Assembly: GCA_013343275.1 (NCBI GenBank)
Contig: CP046106.1
Coordinates: 704,001 to 768,000, forward strand
DNA: 64,000 nt
Direction of reading: 5' to 3'
From: Candidatus Nanohaloarchaea archaeon
GTDB lineage: Archaea > Nanohalarchaeota > Nanosalinia > Nanosalinales > Nanosalinaceae
The position numbers were made by a program, and so were the translations under genes. The notes below the pieces were generated by a model. That model was given only the letters and a program-made list of their open reading frames with translations, did no database searches and was not told where the DNA came from. Positions 59,122 to 64,000 of this stretch are shown here, piece after piece. Numbering within the stretch: position 1 is the first letter of the stretch; every line of letters starts with the position of its first letter.

Positions 59122-59439
59122 ATGTCTCTCCGCGAACAACAGAATAGAGTATCAGAATTTCTTGAGGAAAACGACATGCAGGCCCCGCCAGAGTTCAGAA
59201 TTATGGACTTCATCTCGGAGGCCGGAGAAATAGTAAAGGATGCAGTGAAGACTGCTGACTACGGAGAGGCCCGTGAAGACCTGAAGGTCAAAGAGGATGA
59301 GATCGGCGACGTACTTTTCTCAATTCTCGCCGTAGCTGACGCACTAGATATAGATGCCGAGAAGGCCTTCGAGTCTGCGATGGAGAAGTATGAGGAAAGA
59401 ATAGCTGAGAAAGGTGATGCAGGATCAGGATCACACTAG
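59122..59439 (+). CDS. MazG-like NTP pyrophosphohydrolase
   Basis: SEAGEI, DEIGDVLF, KYEER. Confidence 0.88.
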   Translation: MSLREQQNRVSEFLEENDMQAPPEFRIMDFISEAGEIVKDAVKTADYGEAREDLKVKEDEIGDVLFSILAVADALDIDAEKAFESAMEKYEERIAEKGDAGSGSH

Positions 59440-59636
59440 TAAGAGACGATCTGGAAGAGGAGGTTGAAAGAGAGGTAGAGGTCGACAGAGACGTATCTGT
59501 ACAGCAGTTCCTGAAGAATGAGGGAATTTCTGTTGAAGAAGTTCTTGTGTCGAAGAACGGCACTATAATCTCCAGCAGACATGAACTTGAGGACGGCGAC
59601 AGGATTCGAGTCTTCGATGTAATTGCCGGTGGCTGA
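59424..59636 (+). CDS. Ubiquitin-like ThiS/MoaD (SAMP) protein with non-canonical start
   Basis: (I)RITLV...VLVSKNGTI...LEDGDRIRVFDVIAGG-stop; in-frame TGA at 59415 and no ATG/GTG/TTG before the fold. Confidence 0.85.
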   Translation: MRITLVRDDLEEEVEREVEVDRDVSVQQFLKNEGISVEEVLVSKNGTIISSRHELEDGDRIRVFDVIAGG

Positions 59637-59673
59637 TAAGTTTTTATTACTGGCCTAATAGAAATTTCTCTAT

Positions 59674-60000
59674 ATGGATTTCTTTGATTTGGAGGGGAAG
59701 GAGGACGAAGATATAATCTTCGACATATTCGATCTTAACTCGCTACAGAAACAGATATTCGACGAACTGAAAGACAAACAATTGACAGTACAGGAACTGG
59801 CCTCAGAAGTAGATAGAAATCGCTCTACAGTCCAGAGAGCGCTCCAGGACATGCTTAACAAAGATATAATTATGAGAGAGGGTAAAACTGACAAAACAGT
59901 TTACTACGTGTACACAACGCTACCTTTCGAGGAGCTGAAGCAGATTGCGAAACAGGCCCTCGACTCTTGGCACGACAAAGTAAAGTCGAAACTTCAGTAA
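59674..60000 (+). CDS. TrmB-like HTH regulator
   Basis: LTVQELASEVDRNRSTVQRALQ...YYVY. Confidence 0.88.
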   Translation: MDFFDLEGKEDEDIIFDIFDLNSLQKQIFDELKDKQLTVQELASEVDRNRSTVQRALQDMLNKDIIMREGKTDKTVYYVYTTLPFEELKQIAKQALDSWHDKVKSKLQ

Positions 60001-60290
60001 ACCCAGAAAAGGTATCCCAGATAGGCCAGAGCAATTACCTGACTGACCTCAGATAAAACCGGCGATAGTTGAAGACCTAGCCCTGCGGAAATAACTCCTA
60101 GCAGGAGAAGGCCCAGGATAAATACGCGAGAGTTGTCCAGAAGGCTTTCCTGGAAACTTTCTAAATCAAGATTTTTTCTGTAGGCCAGGTAGAGAACTGT
60201 GGCGAGAATGTAGTATTTTACAATTACTGAGGCTGCCGTCCAGCTTGCCTTGATTATTTCGTGGCCTACTGCTACCAGAGCCTGGAGCAT
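59994..60290 (-). CDS. Small membrane protein
   Basis: Three hydrophobic segments. Confidence 0.65.
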   Translation of the reverse strand: MLQALVAVGHEIIKASWTAASVIVKYYILATVLYLAYRKNLDLESFQESLLDNSRVFILGLLLLGVISAGLGLQLSPVLSEVSQVIALAYLGYLFWVY

Positions 60291-60291
60291 G

Positions 60292-60567
60292 CTATTCTTC
60301 GTTCTCTCCTACGTCGCTTGTCTGGAAGTCACTGATGATTATGATGTCGTCGATTGACTGCACCATGTTGTACGGGATTACGACGTTCTTGGAGCCGCCT
60401 ACTTTCTGTGCAAGGTACGAGCCTGGTTCTGCCGCGACTACAACAGCTCTAACGGCGAACTTGCCGAGATTAAGCTCTACATCTTTGACTTTTCCACAGT
60501 AAGAACCTTTTTTCGTGAAGACGTCCTTGCCCTCGACATCCGAAAAATCGATGATATTCTCTGACAT
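60292..60567 (-). CDS. PRC-barrel protein (CdpB-like)
   Basis: GKDVFTKKGSYCGKVKDV...IPYNMVQSIDDIIII. Confidence 0.9.
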   Translation of the reverse strand: MSENIIDFSDVEGKDVFTKKGSYCGKVKDVELNLGKFAVRAVVVAAEPGSYLAQKVGGSKNVVIPYNMVQSIDDIIIISDFQTSDVGENEE

Positions 60568-60677
60568 TTTTTGTTACAACTCCTTATACCTCAAATAAAC
60601 AGTCTGAGACTTAAATAATTTGGTAAAGCCGTCGACCTGCAGGTTTTAAGTCTTAACCGTCAAATACAGAGATACGG

Positions 60678-61088
60678 ATGGGCTTTAGAAAAAAAGTAGT
60701 AAAGGGCTTCACAGACGCATACCTGAGAGCAGAAAGAAGACTTGTAGTCGATCTGCTCAGAAACGGCCGTCTTACCCGCGGAGAATGGCAGGAGATAGCG
60801 GACAGCCTCAACGAGATCGCCCAGAAATACAGCGAAGACCAGATAGATAACAGCAGATTCCTGCAGGACCGCAAACAGATCGAACGGCAGATAGTAGGAG
60901 AGAGAAGGGAGAAAAAACAGGGCCTGACAGGAGAAGAGGCCCGAACCCTGTACGAATCATACCGGCAAAGACATCAACCGGTGATGGAGCAGGCCTTCCA
61001 TAACTCCGGTAGAAACACTTTCTACTTCATCTACAAGCTGCCGGTAGTCAAAACACGCTACATGATCACAGGCCTCAGAATGCAGTAA
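60678..61088 (+). CDS. Hypothetical basic protein
   Basis: 136-aa ORF with a TATA-like element upstream. Confidence 0.65.
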   Translation: MGFRKKVVKGFTDAYLRAERRLVVDLLRNGRLTRGEWQEIADSLNEIAQKYSEDQIDNSRFLQDRKQIERQIVGERREKKQGLTGEEARTLYESYRQRHQPVMEQAFHNSGRNTFYFIYKLPVVKTRYMITGLRMQ

Positions 61089-61139
61089 AAACCAGGTTGA
61101 ATTTTAAAGACTGACGATCCCAAACTATACTACACTACT

Positions 61140-61226
61140 GTCGGGGTGGCAGAGTGGCTTAACGCGATGGCTTGCTAAGCCATTGGGCTTCTAAAGCCCG
61201 CCCGGGTTCGAATCCCGGCCCCGGCG
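61140..61226 (+). tRNA. tRNA-Ser(GCT)
   Basis: GTCGGGG/CCCCGGC acceptor, ATGGC-TTGCTAA-GCCAT, long variable arm, GGTTCGAATCC. Confidence 0.96.
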
Positions 61227-61235
61227 CTCACAAAT

Positions 61236-61505
61236 TTATTCTGACTGAACCTTCTCTATTAATGCGTCCAGCACCAGTCTTTCTGCACGGAAATGCGAGG
61301 CTGCATAACCTGAGAACATAGAAGATGCACCTACAATAGTTAAAGTGTACTTCATGAGCTCTGGCGCGGCTAGGAAGTATGCTGAGCTGCACGTAACTGC
61401 TGTAAGTATTCCTCCGACTAGAAAGGCCTGTCTGTCCTTGCGGTAGAGAAGGAAGGCAGCTACTGCTACTGCGACATGAGGGATGTACTGCTCGATAAGA
61501 ACCAT
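61236..61505 (-). CDS. Small membrane protein
   Basis: Three hydrophobic segments. Confidence 0.65.
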   Translation of the reverse strand: MVLIEQYIPHVAVAVAAFLLYRKDRQAFLVGGILTAVTCSSAYFLAAPELMKYTLTIVGASSMFSGYAASHFRAERLVLDALIEKVQSE

Positions 61506-61632
61506 AACGTGGTTTTGGTCTCCGATTTTAATTTGTTTGCGGGAGGTTTTTCCTATGAGGATGTCTATTCTCGAGCATGATTTTCGCGAGATGAAAGATT
61601 AATTTAAGGCCGTCTGTAATTAAAATACAGAG

Positions 61633-62103
61633 ATGGGAGACTTCAGAGAACACGTGCTGTTTGGTTTTCTTGCTGCAGCATTAGTAAGCTACTTTTTGAA
61701 AGATATGCTTGTTCTTAACCCTATAGAAACAATGGTATCCTCAATAGCTATAGTAGTAGGTTCTGTACTACCAGATATAGATCACAAGAATGCTTATGTC
61801 CATAGAGCGGCTAAAGCTTTCTTCAGTATAGGCCTTGCTATTCTTGGAATAGTCTTTCTCCCTCTACCGCTGCACGTCAGGTTTGCAGTAGCTTCAGGGA
61901 TCTTTCTGTTGAGCTACGTCGGGTTCTCCTCTATAAGAATGAAGCACAGAGGATTTACTCACTCCTTCACATTTCTGCTGCTTGTCAGTTCAGGAGTGGT
62001 AGTTGGCGGCGTCTACAGCTTTGCATCTCCGCTTCCTGGCATTGCAATGGCTCTAGGTATTCTATCCCACCTGACGCTTGATCAGGAGTTCAAGATGACC
62101 TAG
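61633..62103 (+). CDS. YdjM-like membrane metal-dependent hydrolase
   Basis: LPDIDH, HRGFTHS, SHLTLD. Confidence 0.9.
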   Translation: MGDFREHVLFGFLAAALVSYFLKDMLVLNPIETMVSSIAIVVGSVLPDIDHKNAYVHRAAKAFFSIGLAILGIVFLPLPLHVRFAVASGIFLLSYVGFSSIRMKHRGFTHSFTFLLLVSSGVVVGGVYSFASPLPGIAMALGILSHLTLDQEFKMT

Positions 62104-62558
62104 TCTTCCTTGACTTCTGCCACGTCGCCAAGAGTGGCTGATCTGTTATCGCCGGAGTCTGTTTCCTGATCCCAGGCCTCTGGAACTGTGTAAAGCTCGA
62201 TATTGAACTTTTTCTCCAGTTTCTGAGCCAGACTTTTCTCAGGCTTCAATTCCTGCTGCTCGATCTTCTTGAGCAATGACTCTTTCTCATTGAGGTCGTC
62301 GGCAAGCTCGCTGATCGAAAGCTGCTTGGATTCACGGGCCTTCTTCACTTCCTGACCGTAATCGTTGATCAGTACCTCCTCATTCCTCTTTCTTTGCCTC
62401 TTACTCTTCTTCTTTTTCTTCTGCTTTGATTTCTTGGAACTGGTCTTTACCTCCTCACCCATATCTGCGCATGAGTCACAGACCTGTAGAACCGCTCCTT
62501 CGATTTTAGTTTTGGTGGTTGAATCAGTTTCTTCTCCACAAAGTTGACATGTAGCCAT
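62100..62558 (-). CDS. Archaeal multiprotein bridging factor aMBF1
   Basis: CQLCG...VCDSC, Cro-type HTH, TLGD. Confidence 0.92.
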   Translation of the reverse strand: MATCQLCGEETDSTTKTKIEGAVLQVCDSCADMGEEVKTSSKKSKQKKKKKSKRQRKRNEEVLINDYGQEVKKARESKQLSISELADDLNEKESLLKKIEQQELKPEKSLAQKLEKKFNIELYTVPEAWDQETDSGDNRSATLGDVAEVKED

Positions 62559-62667
62559 TTCTCTCACTTGATGAAAATCCTGTTTTGGTTAGAATAGTTT
62601 TCAGTTTGAACTTTTTCTCTAACAGTTTAAGGACGTTGAAAGTTTAATAATTGCAGTGCTGACTTCA

Positions 62668-63204
62668 CTACTCCTGCAGCTGGTTCATAACAAGGCCGTA
62701 GATAATTGCAGAAATCGATATCGTCAGAAACCCGAGGCCCATGAAGAAGAAAATTTGCTCGGGATTACTGGAGGAGGCCTTCTCTGCCGCTTTCGGCGCC
62801 GACTCCATGCTGTGAGCCATTATTCCTGCGCTCCTGTCAGCGGCGTAGTTCTTCACTTCATGTTTCGGTGCTTCAATAAAGCTGGATCCTAGAAATCCAA
62901 GGCCTACTAGACCGGTGACTGTTGAGGAAACAATTGAGAACTTGACCTTCTTCTCTTTCTCATTAACTATTGTACGGGCCTTGTCTGTCGGATGGTAGAC
63001 CACTCTCTTCCTTCCGTCCTCCGAGTCCTTCTCAACCAGGCCTGAGCTCACCAGTGTTTCCAGGTGTGAGGAGATAGTGGATTTGCTTTTCCCTATGTCC
63101 TTACTGAGGTCTGTCGGTGTGTACTCTTTCTCCAGTACACGGCTTAGTATCTTTATGCGGGTTGGAGAGCTGAGGGCCTTCACGGTTTTGAAGTCTAACT
63201 CCAT
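62668..63204 (-). CDS. ArsR-type HTH regulator with two C-terminal TM segments
   Basis: KALSSPTRIKIL, KSTISSHL..L...GLV; hydrophobic tail. Confidence 0.85.
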   Translation of the reverse strand: MELDFKTVKALSSPTRIKILSRVLEKEYTPTDLSKDIGKSKSTISSHLETLVSSGLVEKDSEDGRKRVVYHPTDKARTIVNEKEKKVKFSIVSSTVTGLVGLGFLGSSFIEAPKHEVKNYAADRSAGIMAHSMESAPKAAEKASSSNPEQIFFFMGLGFLTISISAIIYGLVMNQLQE

Positions 63205-63386
63205 GTTTGATCAGTAGAGCTGGTAATTTTTAATTTAACCATGTTTATTCGGAATTTTTCGAACAAATCTTTCACTTCAACCTGATAACAAAAAATTGTT
63301 TTTCAGGCCTTGATAAGTTGCTTTTCCGGGTTTATTCCCCGTACCTATAAAAAAGAGGCAAGACAATACTTCTATGGTGATTTCAC

Positions 63387-63554
63387 GTGGTAGACGTACT
63401 AAAGAAGTCCGGAGTACGTGACGCTGCTGATGGCGTCAACGTAGGATCTGACTTCTACGACGCTCTAGATGAAGAAGTTAAAGACCTCATCGAGAGAGCT
63501 GTAGAAAGAGCAGACGCAAACGGACGTAAGACCGTCAAGGCAAGAGACGTATAA
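63387..63554 (+). CDS. Short DUF1931-type ('face-to-face'/Bd0055-like) histone
   Basis: MVDVLKKSGVRDAADGVNVGSDFYDALDEEVKDLIERAVERADANGRKTVKARDV; GGTGA SD and GTG start; absent from the ORF track. Confidence 0.9.
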   Translation: MVDVLKKSGVRDAADGVNVGSDFYDALDEEVKDLIERAVERADANGRKTVKARDV

Positions 63555-63607
63555 GTCTCTCACTCTTGACATACAACATTTACTCTCTTTTCTCTTTTTG
63601 ACTTATT

Positions 63608-63823
63608 CTAAAGCTCTTCTCCACGTCGCTCAGCTTCCTTCAACTCTTTCTCAACCTTATCCAGAGCTTCACGAAGCTGCTCAACAGTATCCAGATTCTC
63701 AACAGGTAGACGGCCTAAATCTCCGCCGTTAACCTCGATAACTGCTTTACCATCTTTCATCTTAACACTGTACTCGAGCACATCATAAGGCCCTTCTTCA
63801 AAATTATAGATAACTTCTGCCAT
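63608..63823 (-). CDS. Hypothetical protein
   Basis: MAEVIYNFEEG... acidic 71-aa ORF. Confidence 0.7.
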   Translation of the reverse strand: MAEVIYNFEEGPYDVLEYSVKMKDGKAVIEVNGGDLGRLPVENLDTVEQLREALDKVEKELKEAERRGEEL

Positions 63824-63848
63824 GTACAAAAACAGGTGAAAGAAAGTT

Positions 63849-64000
63849 TTATGCTTTCTGCAAAATATCCAGCGCGACCTCAAGACCTCGCTCAGCAACA
63901 TCTTCCCTCTCGGCCTCGGAAATAACACGGATCTTGGGTGAAGAACCTGACGGCCTGATTAATACCTCTGCTCCTTCAATCCAGGCCTTTACTCCGTCAA
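63849..64000 (-). CDS. Phosphoglucomutase/phosphomannomutase, C-terminal part (runs off the window)
   Basis: DGVKAW...LIRPSGSSPKIRVISEA. Confidence 0.8.
   Translation of the reverse strand, partial: DGVKAWIEGAEVLIRPSGSSPKIRVISEAEREDVAERGLEVALDILQKA

Overview
This is a gene-dense chromosomal segment of an extremely halophilic archaeon. The acidic proteome, PolD, single-domain histones and very short intergenic spacers point most likely to a DPANN nanohaloarchaeon (inference). It holds the replication origin (four ORB-like boxes next to orc1/cdc6-polD DP1-DP2), grpE-dnaK-dnaJ, rpa-radA, dnaG, secFD, aglB with an Alg7/AglH-like gene, and a partly AT-rich surface-glycan cluster. It also has three histone-fold genes, two tRNAs (Thr-CGT with a 76-nt intron, Ser-GCT) and an H/ACA guide RNA. 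Structure the ORF track does not explain: (i) a ~350-nt highly structured RNA leading a 37-aa micro-ORF (1234-1753); (ii) a 16-bp motif shared between the upstream region of an uncharacterised winged-helix-like gene and a three-copy cluster 7 kb away, which is bracketed by five TGTTC-N9-GAACA-type boxes; (iii) a strongly over-represented AGGCCT palindrome; (iv) a ubiquitin-like gene with no canonical start codon; (v) several small genes the track missed. All calls come from reading the sequence by eye; no searches or folding programs were run.
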